A stretch of 64,000 bases of DNA, taken from Octopus vulgaris. Taxonomy: Eukaryota. The position numbers and the translations under genes were made by a program. Location of the stretch: the NCBI GenBank assembly GCA_951406725.2, contig OX597825.1, positions 73,842,001 to 73,906,000 of the forward strand, in the 5' to 3' direction. Each line of letters opens with the position of its first letter. The first letter of the stretch is position 1. Below, piece after piece: positions 38,230 through 59,620 of this stretch. The notes under the pieces are model-generated. The model did not search any database. It had not been told where the DNA came from and saw only the letters and a list, made by a program, of their open reading frames with translations.

Positions 38230-38334
38230 TGTATGTATGTATGTATGTATGTATGTATGTATGTATGTATCTATCTATCTATCTATCTATCTATCTAGCT
38301 AGCTAGCTAGCTAGCTAGCTATAGATTAAATAAA

Positions 38335-38636
38335 TTCGGGGTCGATTAAATAAATACCAGTTACGCACTGAGGTCGATATAATTGACTTAATCCGTTTGT
38401 CTGTCCTTGTTTGTCCTATCTGTGTTTAGCCCCATGTGGGTAGTAAAGAAATAGGTATTTCGTCTGCCGTTACGTTCTGAGTTCAAATTCCGCCGAGGTC
38501 GACTTTGCCTTTCATCCTTTCGGGGTCGATTAAATAAATACCAGTTACGCACTGGAGTCGATATAATCGACTTAATCCGTTTGTCTGTCCTTGTTTGTCC
38601 CTTCTGCGTTTAGCCCCTTGTGGGTAGTAAAGAAAT
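38335..38636 (+). mobile_element. 5'-truncated SINE A dimer
   Basis: Junction GAAATAGGTATTTC at 38448-38461. Confidence 0.92.
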
Positions 38637-38779
38637 ATATACCACACGTCTTTACATTGCCTCAGATATATGTTTGACGATAAACGATGTTACGTGGAAT
38701 TTGTTTACCTACAAAAAAATAGTCTCGTTTCTAAAAAAGCACAGTTGAGTCGTGCGTATGGATATAGGAGGACGTATTA

Positions 38780-39025
38780 CTATCACAATGATGTCGTTAT
38801 TGGCGACATACTTGCGCGTATGTGTGTGTGTGAGTGAATTAGTGCGTGTGCGTACATGCCTTAGGTTATATGTGAGCGTGCGAGCTGGCATCGTTGTCAG
38901 GTCACTATTGGCGACGCACACATGTACGTATGTGCGTGTATATGTGTGTGCTCGTGTGTGTAAGTGTGTGTGTGCGTGGCTGTGATCTTACTGTCACTAT
39001 TGGCGACTTGGCGACATAATTACCC

Positions 39026-39070
<45 letters not shown>

Positions 39071-39625
39071 GCGAGTGTATGTATTTGATTGCGTGTGTGT
39101 GTGTGTGTATGTATTTACGTGTATGCGTGTCTGTGCTTGTGTGTGTGTGCTTACAGTGTATGTATTTGAGTGTGTGTGTGTGTGTATGTATTTACGTGTA
39201 TGCGTGTCAGTGCTTGTGTGTGTGTGAGTGCTTCGAGTGTATGTATTTGTGTGTGTGTGTGTGTTTACGTGTATGCGTGTCAGTGCATGTGTGTGTGCTT
39301 GGAGTGTATGTGTTTGAGTGTGTGTGTGTATTTACGTGTATGCGTGTCAGTGATTGTGTGTGTGCTTGTCTGTATATGTGTGTGTGTGTGTTGCTTTTAT
39401 CACACTGTCACCAATGGCGACATACATTTGCGTATGTGCGTATGTGCATCTTTGCGCTGCGTTTGTGTGTGTGCGAGCGACTGTGAGCGTGTGTACGCGT
39501 GCATGTGTATGCGTGCGTGCGTGCGGTTGTGTGTATGTGCGTGCTGTTCTGTGTGTATGTGTGTGCTGGTGTGTGTGTGTGTGTGTGTGTTGCTATCGCT
39601 GTGATATCGCTATCAGCAACATGCT
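38780..39625. repeat. Higher-order (TG)-based minisatellite with recurring GTCACTATTGGCGAC motif
   Basis: Motif variants near 38793, 38902, 38993 and 39407; ~60-bp unit GAGTGTATGTATTTG...TTTACGTGTATGCGTGTC repeated about four times in 39070-39360. Confidence 0.75.
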
Positions 39626-39787
39626 TGTAAATATGTGTGCGTGTGCGTGTCTCTGCATATGTGTGTGTACGTGTCACTCTCTTCTTACATTTTCTATGCG
39701 TCTATGCGCATGTGTGCTTATGTGTGTCTGCATAAGCGTGTGTTTGCGTCTCTGTCTGTCTGTCTGTCTGTCAGTCTGCCCGTCCAA

Positions 39788-39825
<38 letters not shown>

Positions 39826-39971
39826 TTCTCTCTCCCCCCTTTCTCCTCTCTGTGTACACATATCAATGTCTCTCTACGTCTGTGTATTTGCGTACGCGAG
39901 CATACTTATATAATAGTGTTATAACGGTGTTCCTGTACGTGTGCTTGGGTGCGCGAGTCCATGTGCTTCAA

Positions 39972-40002
<31 letters not shown>

Positions 40003-40172
40003 ATATGCATGTGTGTATATCTACGTAATTCTCTATGTATATGTATATATGCCTGCATACGTGTGTGCTTGCGTGGGTGTGCAAGTTCGTCCGCGTGAGC
40101 GTGTACATACATGTGTCTGTATCTGTGACCGTGTATTTTGTCTATAATCCATTTGTGTATATGTGCGTGCGT

Positions 40173-40208
<36 letters not shown>

Positions 40209-40385
40209 CTGGTAATATATATGTGTGGATGCAGTCGATATTTTAAATGTGTGTGGCTTTCTAGGCATCCAAAATGTTTGACTGAAATTTGACGTGTGAG
40301 TGTAGTTGCTAGCGTGTGTGCGTGCGTGCGTGTGTACATGTTTGAACGTGTGGCTAATAGATGAATATGTTTGTATGGATGCAAT

Positions 40386-40547
40386 AGGCGTAGGAGTGGC
40401 TGTGTAGTAAGTAGCTTGCTTACCAACCACATGGTTCCGGGTTCAGTCCCACTGCGTAGAACCTTGGGCATGTGACTTCTATTATAGCGTCGGACCGACC
40501 AAAGCCTTGTGAGTGGATTTGGTAGACAGAACTGAAAGAAGATCGTC

Positions 40548-40590
<43 letters not shown>

Positions 40591-40592
40591 TG

Positions 40593-40625
<33 letters not shown>

Positions 40626-41210
40626 TTGTGTGTGTGTGTATGTGTGTGTGTGTGTTTGTGTTTGTCTCCCTCACCATCGCTTGACAACCGATGCTAGTAT
40701 GTTTAGTCCCCGTAAATTAGCGGAGCGGTTCGGCAATAAGTACTAGGCTTACAAACAATAAGTCCTGGGGTCCATTTGCTCGACTAAAGGCGGTGCTCCA
40801 GCATGGCCACAGTCAAATGACTGAAACAAGTAAAAGAGTGTATGTGTTTGCCTTGGATAACACTGGTGGAGTGGAGAAGGGAGTCTGGCATGCATGGGTG
40901 ATTGCTGGTCTTCCATAAACAACCTTGCCCGGAATTGTGCCTCTGAGGGTAACTTTCTAGATGCAATCCATGGTTATTCATCGTTACCCATTTTTTTTAA
41001 TGTATGTATGCATGTAAAGATGGATGGATGAATAAATGTATGTAGGCGCAGGAGTGGCTGTGTGGTAAGTAGCTTGCTAACCAGCCACATGGTTCCGGGT
41101 TCAGTCCCACTGCGCGGAACCTTCGACAAGTGTCTTCTGCTATAGCCCGGGCCGACCAATGCCTTGTGAGTGGATTTGGTAGACGGAAACTGAAAGAAGC
41201 CCATTGTATA
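40386..41210 (+). mobile_element. Cluster: SINE D (40386-40840), SINE C tail (40845-40985), SINE D 5' half (41043-41210)
   Basis: Each piece matches its family copies elsewhere in the window. Confidence 0.88.
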
Positions 41211-41214
41211 TATG

Positions 41215-41245
<31 letters not shown>

Positions 41246-41264
41246 ATGTGTTTGTGCGTGTGTG

Positions 41265-41355
41265 TTTTCTGCTGCTTTAAATAAAGCATATTACTCTACC
41301 ACTGGTATTTGAGTACTCTTTTTTCCACCTTGTTTCACATTTATGTGTTTACTCC

Positions 41356-41358
<3 letters not shown>
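41265..41358 (+). mobile_element. P3 element 3' end
   Basis: Overlaps 29752-29790 (reverse complement); ends at (TA)n. Confidence 0.55.
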
Positions 41359-41421
<63 letters not shown>

Positions 41422-41658
41422 CATATATATTACTATGTCCGTGTGTATGCGAGGATCTGCGGGTGTACGCGTGTGTGAAGTGCGACGTGCATGTATCTAT
41501 GTCTGAATAGATGACTCGATATATTCGTCTCGATGGATATGTGTGCAAGTGTGGTGAGACGGTCATTTACGTGTGGTTCACACGCATCTGCGTGGATATT
41601 GTTGGCCGTGGTTTGCTGTTGTTGTGGTTGATGCTGTTGTTATTTTCGTGGTTGTTGC

Positions 41659-41692
<34 letters not shown>

Positions 41693-41797
41693 CTTTTCCC
41701 CGATGTTGTTGCTGTCATTGGCTTTGACGTAATTGTTGTGAAGGCTCGGATTAGATCTGAGTGAGAGAGAGAAAGGAGCAGGCAGAGAGAGAATGAG

Positions 41798-41835
<38 letters not shown>

Positions 41836-42048
41836 TGAGAGAGTGTGAAGGAGACAGCGAGGGGAGATAGAAGAGGTGAGAAGTCGTTAGAGAGCGAAAA
41901 ATAGTCAGAGAGAGAGAGAGAGAGAGTATCTATATCGGTATATATTCACATGTATTCACATATACACTCACGTATATATATATATAGACATACTTGCCTG
42001 AAGACAATCTACACAAACATACAAATAGAGTCACACCTCCTTTTGTGT

Positions 42049-42128
<80 letters not shown>

Positions 42129-42488
42129 ACAGGTATATGGATATATCTATTTCTATCTATCGATCTATCTATCTATCTATCCATCTATCTCTATCTATCT
42201 ATCATCTATCTCTCTTTCTATATATATATACATACACACACACACATATATATATATATAAATGCATAAATATATATATATCTGTATGCATGTATATATA
42301 TATATATATATATACACATACATGTTTATATAAGTTTGTATGTGTGTGTAGGTTTGTGTGCGTTTATGCTTGTGTGTTTGTGTAATTGTGTGTGTGTTTG
42401 TGTGTGTACATTACTTCCGTTTATCTCACATACGCTTTGGACAAAACCCTGATTTGTGTATTAAACAAGTTATGTTTACCTGCGTGTA

Positions 42489-42715
42489 CAATAATCCCTC
42501 GACTATCGCGGGTGTTACGGTTCCAAAACCCCACCAAGATGGGCGAAAATCTGCGAAGTAGAAACAGTACTACACTGTATATATATATATTTTATTCTCT
42601 CTATAATTTATATATTTTTATATTATTATAAATGCAAACCAACACGACGGAGGAATCGACGTAAGCTTAAATAATAAACCGCGATAAGTGAACCGCGATA
42701 TGGCGAGGGTTACTG
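42489..42715. mobile_element. Tigger/pogo-like MITE
   Basis: TA|CAATAATCCCTCGACTATCGCGG ... CCGCGATATGGCGAGGGTTACTG TIRs; subterminal CCGCGATA repeats. Confidence 0.78.
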
Positions 42716-42744
42716 TTTTTATATGTATGCATATCTTTTATCTT

Positions 42745-43310
<566 letters not shown>

Positions 43311-43334
43311 AAGCGATTATATGTCTGTATAACC

Positions 43335-43393
<59 letters not shown>

Positions 43394-44239
43394 ATCTCAT
43401 TCAGGTTTAACCCGAATCTTCTCAACAAGGTCAAAATTCCATAACAACAAGAGCAACAACAGTACTAACACTATACCGCGTCATGAGGGACGCGTTAGGG
43501 GTATCACACATATTCACACACTCACACACTTATACACACACAGCGACACTCACACAGCAGCGCGTGCACGCTCACACCAACGCACACAAAAACATACACA
43601 CACACACACAAACTACACGTACGCACAAACTACACATTTATAAAAGACATCGATTTGGCTGAATCGGTAGAGCATCGCAGAGAAATGCCTTGCGCCATTA
43701 TTTGTTTTGACTTGAGAAAATCGAAACAAATGCCGCAAGGTCAGCTTTTACCTTTCAATCATTTCTAATCGATAAGACATGTAGTAGTCCACCCTGGGTG
43801 GCGGATTAGCGAGATTGCCAGTGCAGTGAGTATTTGTTCCTCGTTCCCAGCATCCGAAGGCCAAGTCTGCGACGCTGCTGGTGCCGAGGTGCGCTTTGCC
43901 CTTCCCTTGGGCATTATTGAAGGGTTAGTTGGCCGCATGGGTTTGCTGTTGGTCTTTTCTGACGGGGTGGTGGAGCCAAATAGTAATGTGTATAAAAGCA
44001 AGGATATTACCCGTCCGAATATGTTTGGAGCACATTCGAACGTGTCCCAAACATATGTGAACTGGTAGTAACCTTGCATTGCTCGTCTTGTATATAAAAT
44101 TTGGGCCAAGTGTTAATCTTGTTCTGTAAGTTTGCGGGTGGAGGTTTTTCAGACGCCTTATAACAGATGGCAAAAACCATTGATCAGATTCTCTGTATCT
44201 CCCCCCCTCTCTCTCTCTTTGCTCTCTCTCTCTCTTTGC

Positions 44240-44271
<32 letters not shown>

Positions 44272-44292
44272 GCCCCCTCTCTCTCCGTCTAT

Positions 44293-44344
<52 letters not shown>

Positions 44345-44874
44345 GGCATATATAAATATATAATCATATGTATTTATGTACACGCCTGTATATACACGTC
44401 TGTGCATTCGTACACACATACATATACATATGCCCCCCACCCCACACATATATATGTGAGTGTTCAATTTTTCCTATATCTATACATATGTTTATTCAAT
44501 ATATTTGAGAAAAAAAAACCCAAATAGAAACGAGTGTTCTGATAAGTTTTCCACTTTAGTAATTAGATGTTTGTAAACTTATAAACATCTACTTATTAAA
44601 GTGGAAAAAATATCAAAACAAGCTATTTCTATTTTTTTTTTTTCAAATATATAATACTATACCAAGGAGTTTCTATTTTTTATATTTTACTACCCCCCCC
44701 ACACACACACACTCACACATATATATGTATATATTTCGTGAAGCAATTCGCATGGCATGAGACCTGGTCTTTCATGAAGTGGGCCGTACTACTGAAAATA
44801 TTCCCGGTAATTATTCATTAGGTGTTCCAATCAGAATGTCTCGCGGACCGCAGTTCGCCCAAAACTACAATAAA

Positions 44875-44889
44875 CAGTAGTAGTAGTAA

Positions 44890-44921
<32 letters not shown>

Positions 44922-44946
44922 ATAATAGTAGTAGTAATAGTAGTAA

Positions 44947-44983
<37 letters not shown>

Positions 44984-45120
44984 CGTCGTAATAGTAGTAG
45001 TAGTAGTAATAGTAGTAATAGTAGTAGTAGTAATAGTTGTAGTAGTAGTAGTAGTAGTAGCAGCAGCAGCAGTAGTAGTAGTAGTAATAGTAGTAGTAGT
45101 AATAGTAGTAGTAGTAGTAA

Positions 45121-45175
<55 letters not shown>
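44875..45175. repeat. (AGT)n microsatellite
   Basis: Direct reading of the sequence. Confidence 0.95.
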
Positions 45176-45176
<1 letters not shown>

Positions 45177-45544
45177 TGTGTAGTTATAATTAATTCTTTC
45201 TAATTGTGGCCAGTAATTTTAGGAGGACGGGTTAGTCGATTACGTGGACCCTAGTGTTCCAGTGACCCTTTATTTTATCGATTTCGAAAGGATCGAAGTT
45301 AAAGCCAGCTTCGGTGCTATTTGAATTCGGAACGTAGAGAGCCGGAAGAAATGACGCGAAACATTTTGTCCGACGCACCAACGGTTCGGTTAGCTTGCCG
45401 CCTTACTATATTAGTTCACCACTATCTTTTAAGAAAATAAAATTTAAAAAGAACATTATATTTTTAAGCAAAGTGAGTTAGAGTGAGGGAGAGAGGGAGA
45501 GAAAGAAATAGAGATAGATTGAGAGAGGAGTGAGAGGGAGAGAT

Positions 45545-45585
45545 GAGTGTGTGTATGTGGGTCTGTATGTGAATGTGTAAGAGAC

Positions 45586-45628
<43 letters not shown>

Positions 45629-45740
45629 AGAGTATGTATATGTGTGTCTGTATGTGAATGTGTAAGAGACTGTGAGAGAGAGAGAGAGAGAAATAGAGAG
45701 AGTATGTATATGTGTGTCTGTATGTGAATGTGTAAGAAAC
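45545..45740. repeat. Three ~75-85-bp tandem units (…TCTGTATGTGAATGTGTAAGA… + (GA)n)
   Basis: Motif near 45562, 45646 and 45717. Confidence 0.85.
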
Positions 45741-45813
45741 TAAGTGAGACAGAGAGCGTGAGAGAGAAAGAGAGAGTGAGAGAGAAAGAGAGAAAGAGAG
45801 AGTGAGAGAAAGG

Positions 45814-45854
<41 letters not shown>

Positions 45855-46204
45855 AGAGAGAGAGAGAGGGCGGGGGGAGACAGAGGAGGGAGGGAGGGAG
45901 GGAGGGAGAGAGATGAATGATAAAATTTGTTGAAGAATTACGGAGCTGAAAGACTGCTTTATAAGAATAGATAGTGGTTGTTGGTGTAAGTTTTTTAATG
46001 TTACTTCGTTTCCAGGTCACCCATGACCGAGCGGATCTATATTCCTAATATCCATATCTATCCAGTATTTTTAAGGATATTGTGAGTACATTAGCCAATC
46101 GTCTTGCGACTGCGCAGCAAGTCGTCTTTGGTCCGATACTGAGAGGAGCTAAAATAGGAAAGTACCGACGCGTAAATGTTTATTTGAAAAAAGACGTTGA
46201 ATAA

Positions 46205-46575
46205 TGGCGTAGGAGTGGCTGTGTGGTAAGTAGCTTGCTTACCAGCCACATGGTTCCGGGTTCAGTCCCACTATGTGGCACCTTGGGCAAGTGTCTTATA
46301 CTATAACCTCGGGCTGACCAAACACTTGTGAGTGGATTTGGTAGACAGAAACTGAAAGAAGCCCGTTGCATATATGTACATATATGTATGTGTGTGTGCA
46401 TATGTTTGTGTGTCTTTGTCTCCCCAACATCGCTTGACAACCAATGCTGGTGTGTTTAGTCCCCAAAACGTAGCGGTTCGGCAAAAAGACAGATAGAATA
46501 AGTACTAAGCTTACAAAGAATAACTCCTGGGGTCGATTTGCTCGGCTAAAGGCGGTGCCCCAGCATTGCCGCATT
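46205..46575 (+). mobile_element. SINE family D
   Basis: Colinear with other D copies. Confidence 0.9.
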
Positions 46576-46849
46576 GAATTCCATGTGTGCAAATTCCGTG
46601 TGCAAATAATATTGTTTAACGGAGACCTAGTTATATTAAGCCTTTAACTATGAACTTAAATTTTATGGTTATTCCAATAATGAAAATATATCTACCCGAT
46701 CCAACCAATGAATGAAATAAAATAGAATCGGTATTTTCCATAAGTCACGCTGCTTCTATAAACTTGACATATTTCAAATGAATATCATTTCAATCATGAC
46801 GTTCTGCAACGAAAGATTCATGGGGGAGTATAAAACTATTTTCTGCAGT

Positions 46850-47660
46850 TAATGGTAATGAAATTTTGAGTGAGTACATCTGATTTTTTTTTTCAGTAAC
46901 AGGGTTAGTGTACGAAGTTTCTGAGAGAAATCGAAATGTGAAATTCTTTGGAAAATACACCGGATTTAAGGTCAAGGCAAGTGATGTGTGACTGTGGTGT
47001 TTTAAACAAAAATCAAAAACGGATGGTGAATACTTAAGTGCAAACACTTTACTGGCTGAACCCTTTAGGACAGTCATAAATAAGCTTATAAGATACGAAG
47101 GCCTTATTTTATGGTAGCTTTACAATGCTGATGAAGATGACTTCTTTTATCGGAGTTCCTCTTGAAAATACGCTGGCACTCAAAGAATAACACAAATCTC
47201 ATGGTCGCATGTTAAGAAGATGGTAAGGAAATCACAGAAACCTCGCGTTGGTAAATGCAGTAGGAATCAGCATATACCATCTCAAAGAATCCATGCGTTT
47301 ATTCCCGAGAAGTTTTCGCAGATATTCCTTAGTTAATTTGTCCCTGATGTGAGATGCTTCAAGAAATATTCTGAAGACATGTTCCTCTCATTACTTAAAA
47401 GTATTGTTGCTTCTTAAAGATGACCCTGTTTGTCCTAATATTGGAAACTGCGTTAGTTGAGATGATAGAATTATATGTCTTTTCCTACCCCTAAATGTAT
47501 TTCAGGCTTTACAACCAATAGACCTGGGAATAGTTATAATCTGTAAAGACAATCTATAACTAGACATTTTTGAAGACAAAATGAGATGGGCAATACGACA
47601 TTGGGAAATGACTGTAAGCTGTTGTATGATATTGGATCTGATTTCATTTTCCATGGATTT
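46850..47660 (+). pseudogene. Decayed pogo/Tigger-family transposase
   Basis: Pieces KASDV*LWCFK, LYNADEDDFFYR..ENTLA, KSQKPR and FLPLNVFQALQPIDLGI resemble FKAS.GWL..FK, YNADETGLFY, GKS.KPR and FLPPN.TS..QP.DQGI, in order. Confidence 0.82.
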
Positions 47661-47672
47661 GAGGCAAAATAC

Positions 47673-47903
47673 CTATTTATTTACTACCCACAAGAGGCTA
47701 AACACAGAGGAGACAAACAAGGACAGACAGACGGATTAAGTCGGTTATATCGACCCCAGTGCGTGACTGTTACTTAATTTATCGATTCCGAAAGAATGAA
47801 AGGCAAAGTCGACTTCGGCGGAATTTGAACTCAGAACGTAACGGCAGACGAAATACGGCTACGCATGCCCGGCATGCTAACGTTTCTGTCAGCTCGCTGA
47901 CTT
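47673..47903 (-). mobile_element. Young SINE A monomer with TSD
   Basis: AGGCAAAATACCTA duplicated at 47662-47675 and 47904-47917. Confidence 0.92.
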
Positions 47904-48829
47904 AGGCAAAATACCTAAAGTGTAAATACTCGTGAGTGGGAAAGGGTTGAATGCAATCTTCAGGAACGGGTTATAAGGATACTGAAAGTAATCCGAGCCA
48001 TCAAGTAATCATCAACATCACCATGATCCTTATTATTTTCTTAACGTCCATTTTCCCACGCTCGCATGTTTCAGACGGAATTTACCGAAATGGATTTTTC
48101 TGTTGGAAACCCTCCCCTGCTTCCAAGTAAAGTAATAAGTTCCCATGATCAGACACGTTTCACGGAAGATCACTGAACGAAGAGCACCGCATGTATGACG
48201 GTGACATTTGTTTACATCTATTACGCGAAGTCGAGACAAGGAGACAGTAACACAAGCACTCACACAAACATACGCATACATCGAGTGTTTACTCCACTCC
48301 CTTAATAACTTCTATGTGTGCCGAAGTTAGAAATCATGCTGTTGCTGTTTAGTCTCAGGCCAGACCTGACTACAAAGATCTATGGACAAAAGCGTTCTAG
48401 CCATAACCATCCTGTTTGAAGGAGATTCAGCTGCTATATCTAGCAGACCCTATGGCTTCATAGACGGACCCTGTTTTGGAAAATCATAGTGAGATTTGAG
48501 AAAGATTTGTCTGCTCTAGCTAGCATATCATGCATCTGTGTATAGGCCCCTTCTTTCTCTCATTAGGACTAATACCATTGCTAACTGGGGGTTTGTCTGG
48601 CTGGGCACACTAGCAGAAATTAAAAGAGCCGTTAATGGGGAGGTGGGGAAGAAAGGATTGGTGATGTCATTTGAATCGAAACCAACGTATTACTGGTACG
48701 CATTTCATCAACCGGAGAATTCAGGTCAGGAGGAAAAAATTTAAACCTTCATTTAAGTTCAGAATTTAAGTTCAGAATAAACACTTGTTGCTAACGACGC
48801 TCTTCTTCAATCTTTGGTTATTGCTTATG

Positions 48830-49208
48830 TTACTCTTTTACTTGTTTCAGTCATTTGACTGCAGCCATGCTGGAGCACCACCTTTAGTCGAATCAAATCG
48901 ACCCCGGGACTTATTGTTTGTAAGCCTAGTACATATCCTATCGATCTGTTTTGCAGAACCGCTAAGTTACGGGGACATAAACACACCAGCATCGGTTGTC
49001 AAACGATGTTGGGGGGGGGGACAAACACACACACACACACACACACATATATGTGTATATATACGACGGGCTTCTTTCAGTTTCCGTCTACCAAATCCAC
49101 TCACAAGGCTTTGGTCGGCCTGAGGTTATAGTAGAAGACACTTGCCCAAGGTGCCACGCAGTGGGACTGAACCCGGAACCATGTTGTTAGTAAGCAAGCT
49201 ACTTACCA
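48830..49208 (-). mobile_element. SINE family D
   Basis: Colinear with 13589-13987. Confidence 0.92.
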
Positions 49209-50329
49209 ATGTTTTGCAAATATTACGGTTGCTATTGCTAATACAGAATTATCCAATGTAATTCCTATGGAAGAGGGTTGAATGTGATATAGGAGAGAGT
49301 TGCTATTGCTAGAACTAACAATTTTTATTGTGGTGGTCATGGTGGTGTTGCTATTTGTATTGTGTGTCAGCCTGATGCTATTGGAATTATGTGTGTTGCT
49401 AATGCTCCTTTTCTTGTTCGTGCCAATAGTTGGCATTTGCTGTGACATATTGTTAATGTTATTGTAAATCATTTTGATATTATTGCTAATTATCTTTAAT
49501 ATTATCGATAATTACTGGTGATGTTATTGCTAATTAATATTATTGCTAATTAATCATGTTATAGTTAAATATTGTGATATCATTGCTAACTATTAATGTT
49601 GTTATTATTATTTAATTTTGATGCTGTTTCTAATTAATCTTATTGTCAATTATTGTTGATATTGTAAATTATGTTTAATGTTATTTATTAATTACAGATG
49701 TCGCTGTTGCTTACTCTTGTTGGAGTTATAATTAATCGTTTTTAATGTGAATTTTAATTATTGCTCATGTTACTGTTAATTATTGCAGTTAGTATCTTAC
49801 ATAGTGCTAATATCGTTAATACGTTTTTTCACCTCCTAGTCAAAGAAGGGAGACTGGACCCTATAGTCTAGTTTTTCAAAGTCCACGATCCCTGTTAGGA
49901 ATGAGAAGGGGCGGACGATATATCTAGAGCAGAGACTTGACCCAAATACATCCAGCAGAGCGGACTCTGTTGAAAGAGCCCAAGGATCACGTAGTCGTGT
50001 TAAATCAGGTGATGGCCTAAGTTTAGCTTCCAAGAACTCTGAACTCAGAGAACCTGAACAAATACCGCAAGGCATCCGGTCCAAAGATCTAACAATTCCG
50101 CAAATGTGTCGTACAAGACACTTCATTTCATCGATCCTGAAAGGATGAGAAGCAAAGTTAACCTCAGTGTTATTTGAACTCGGAACGGAGAGAATCGGAG
50201 CAAATCCTATAACGCGTTCTACCCGACGTTCCAACGACTTCCCTAATTTTCCACCTTATGCTATTGGTTTTGGTGTTGCTATTGGTTTTGCTGCCGTTGT
50301 TGCTATCATACTTTCTCTGTTTTCTTAAT

Positions 50330-51150
50330 TGGTAACGTCAATGTTGCTATTTTTAATGCTTGAGTCGTTATTTCTATGCTTCTGTTTCTTTTTCTTGGCA
50401 TTGCAATAGCCAGGCGTTGATATTGTTCGATATTGCTATTCGAACTTTGACACTGCCACTGCTTGATGTTACTGTCGTTTGTCGTCGCTATTGTCTGCTG
50501 TTGCTATTACCTAAAGCGACTATTATTTGATGTTGCCTTCTATTGGCTTCTATTCAAGTGATGTTTTCCAACGTCGCTATTGTCTAATATTGCTTTCGCT
50601 TAACGTTGCTCTTATTGTCTGACACTGTTATTTTCTGATATTGATATTGTTTTATGTTGCACCCCACCCCTAACTGATTGATATTGCTATTGTCTATCGT
50701 TGTTACTGCTTTTGTAATGCTGTCTGATGTTGCTATTGCCTGACTTTACCAAAGACTGATTTCGCTATTGTCTAAAATGGTGTCTGATACTGCTGGAATT
50801 GCAATTGTTTTGCGTAACCCTATAATGTCTGATGTTGCTAATGCCCTTCTAATTTTGTCTGATTTTGCTATTGCCGGACGTCATTATCATATTACGTTGC
50901 TATTGTTTTGGACATTGCCTGATACCTCCATAGCCCTTGTAAAGTTATCTGATATAATAACAATAATATCATAATAACAATAATGTTACCAATTGCTTTT
51001 CTCATTATTATCTGACGCTGCTATTGTCTAGCATTGTTTTGTTCGACATTGCTATTGACAGTATATAATGTCTAATGTTGCTATTGTCCTGGTATTGTTA
51101 TCTGGTGTTGCTATTGTTTCTATAATATCAAACGTTCTTATTGTTTGTCA
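50330..51150. repeat. Cryptic degenerate ~16-bp satellite, consensus about GATGTTGCTATTGTCT
   Basis: More than 15 variants of (T/C)GCTATTG(T/C)CT, e.g. near 50485, 50575, 50685, 50728, 50763, 51017 and 51077. Confidence 0.72.
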
Positions 51151-51639
51151 TCGATGTCGTTGGCATCTTTCTTGTTCTTTAGTCCCAGGTAGGCCTTGAC
51201 AGAACAGACCTGTGTATAAAAGCTTTCCGGCAATGAACACCCTGCTTTTGTTTCTGCATATAATACAGCTTTATCTAAATACTGTGTCAGATATCATAAT
51301 ATTGAAGTCGGTTGGGTATAATTTCATTGCAGACGGTGTGACTACGTAAATGAGGTGTTGTTGTTATTGTTGTTGCCCATGTTATCTTTGTTGCTTAATT
51401 ATAGATCAGATTCACTTAAGCAGAGCTATGATCAAAGGCGCTCCAGTTGCGACCGACCGTTATATTATCCGTTGTATTCGCCTTTTAGTCAAGAAAGTAA
51501 GGTGTAACTTGAGGGAGACTTGGCTGCTGTTTCTCGCTGGTTCATAAAGCAAACTGCCTCTGTTGCTATAAATTTTAATGCTTGGCTTGCACAGGATAAA
51601 TATTTTATATAAAATAGGTAGACGTACACAAAATGTTGG

Positions 51640-52010
51640 AAGAGGGTAATCACCGTTGAAATCGACCCCGGTGTTTAGCTGGTACTTTATAATATCGAAA
51701 ATGGAAAGAATTAAAAGCAAATCTACCTCAGTACGATTCGAACTTCGAACTCTAAAAGCTGTAAATACCACTTTTCCCATTCTGCCATTAGATCCTCTGA
51801 AACTATTTCTGAGTTTGGCAAAAAGACAGCCTTGAAGGAAAGGATTTAATCGATATCATCGACTCCAGTACTGGCCAGGAACTTTATTTTATCGATCATA
51901 AAAGGATGAAAGGCAAAGATAACCCAGGCAGGATTTGAACACGGAACATAACGAGTCGTGAGAAATATGCAAATCATTTGAATCAACGTTCCAACGTCTC
52001 TATCATCTTA
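51640..52010 (-). mobile_element. Two old SINE A copies
   Basis: ATCGACCCC..CTGGTACTTT; ATCGACTCCAGT...AGGATGAAAGGCAAAG...GGATTTGAAC. Confidence 0.7.
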
Positions 52011-53039
52011 CCACACGGTCCCTTGGAATAAATAACAGTGATTTCTTCCAGCTAATAAGAGAGCTTCTTTGTGGTACTCCCATTTGCCAGAAACAACTGC
52101 TCACATACTCTTTAAACATATCCTCATGGCTTTAAAGGCGTTCTTTGGCAAAATACCGTTAGAACATTGAATAACATACTTCGTAGCATTTGTTCCATCT
52201 CTTTAAATTCTGCTTTTAAAATCCTGCTGAGGCCGACATTTTGTTTTATCCTTTCGGGGTCGATAACCTATACCAATACAAGTCATATAGCGGTGTTGAT
52301 TAAATCAACTACAAATTCAGTGTTAGAGTCAATCCCGAAAACTGCCTGATTTTGTCTTCAATTTTTTTTTCTGGCTAGTCATGCAAAGACATTGTTGCAA
52401 AATCATTATAGACTTCTTTGACGTGATTTGCGACATGAAAGGAATAGAACTGCTGCACGAGCAACGGCAAGTTTTATCCAACACAGTCTGCTAATACAGA
52501 CGGAAGCAAACTTTCCAGAAAGAAATGAACTCAAGAAATATAGAGATGCAAAAGAAAATAAATTTCTTTTAAAAAGGAAAAGTGAGTCTGAAATAAGAAC
52601 AATGACAGGATGTTGAAGGCCAGAATGTATTTGGTCACAGGTACGTCCACTGCAGCGGGGTTATCCTAGGGCTAAAAAACAACACAAACAACAACAACAA
52701 ACAATAACAACAGACGACAACTACAACTTAATGAATAATAATATAGGCTAAACATCACATATTTTGGAGTAGGGAAGAGACCTAGAATGCGTTTGATCAT
52801 AGGTATGTCTGGTGAATCTGGACAATCCTGGGGTTGAACCATAACAACGTAAAAACCATTCACAAAAGCTCGATTTCACACATCTCAGGGTAGGGGACAG
52901 TCGATGAAACTACTCCAGTAGTTAACTGGTACTTATATTCTCGGTTCTGCAAGGATGAAAGCAAATAATAGCCTAAAGGGACGCAATCCAATACCACAAA
53001 ACGTGCGATCCGCCATTCATCCGATTCTGTTTGCCTAAG

Positions 53040-59620
<6,581 letters not shown>

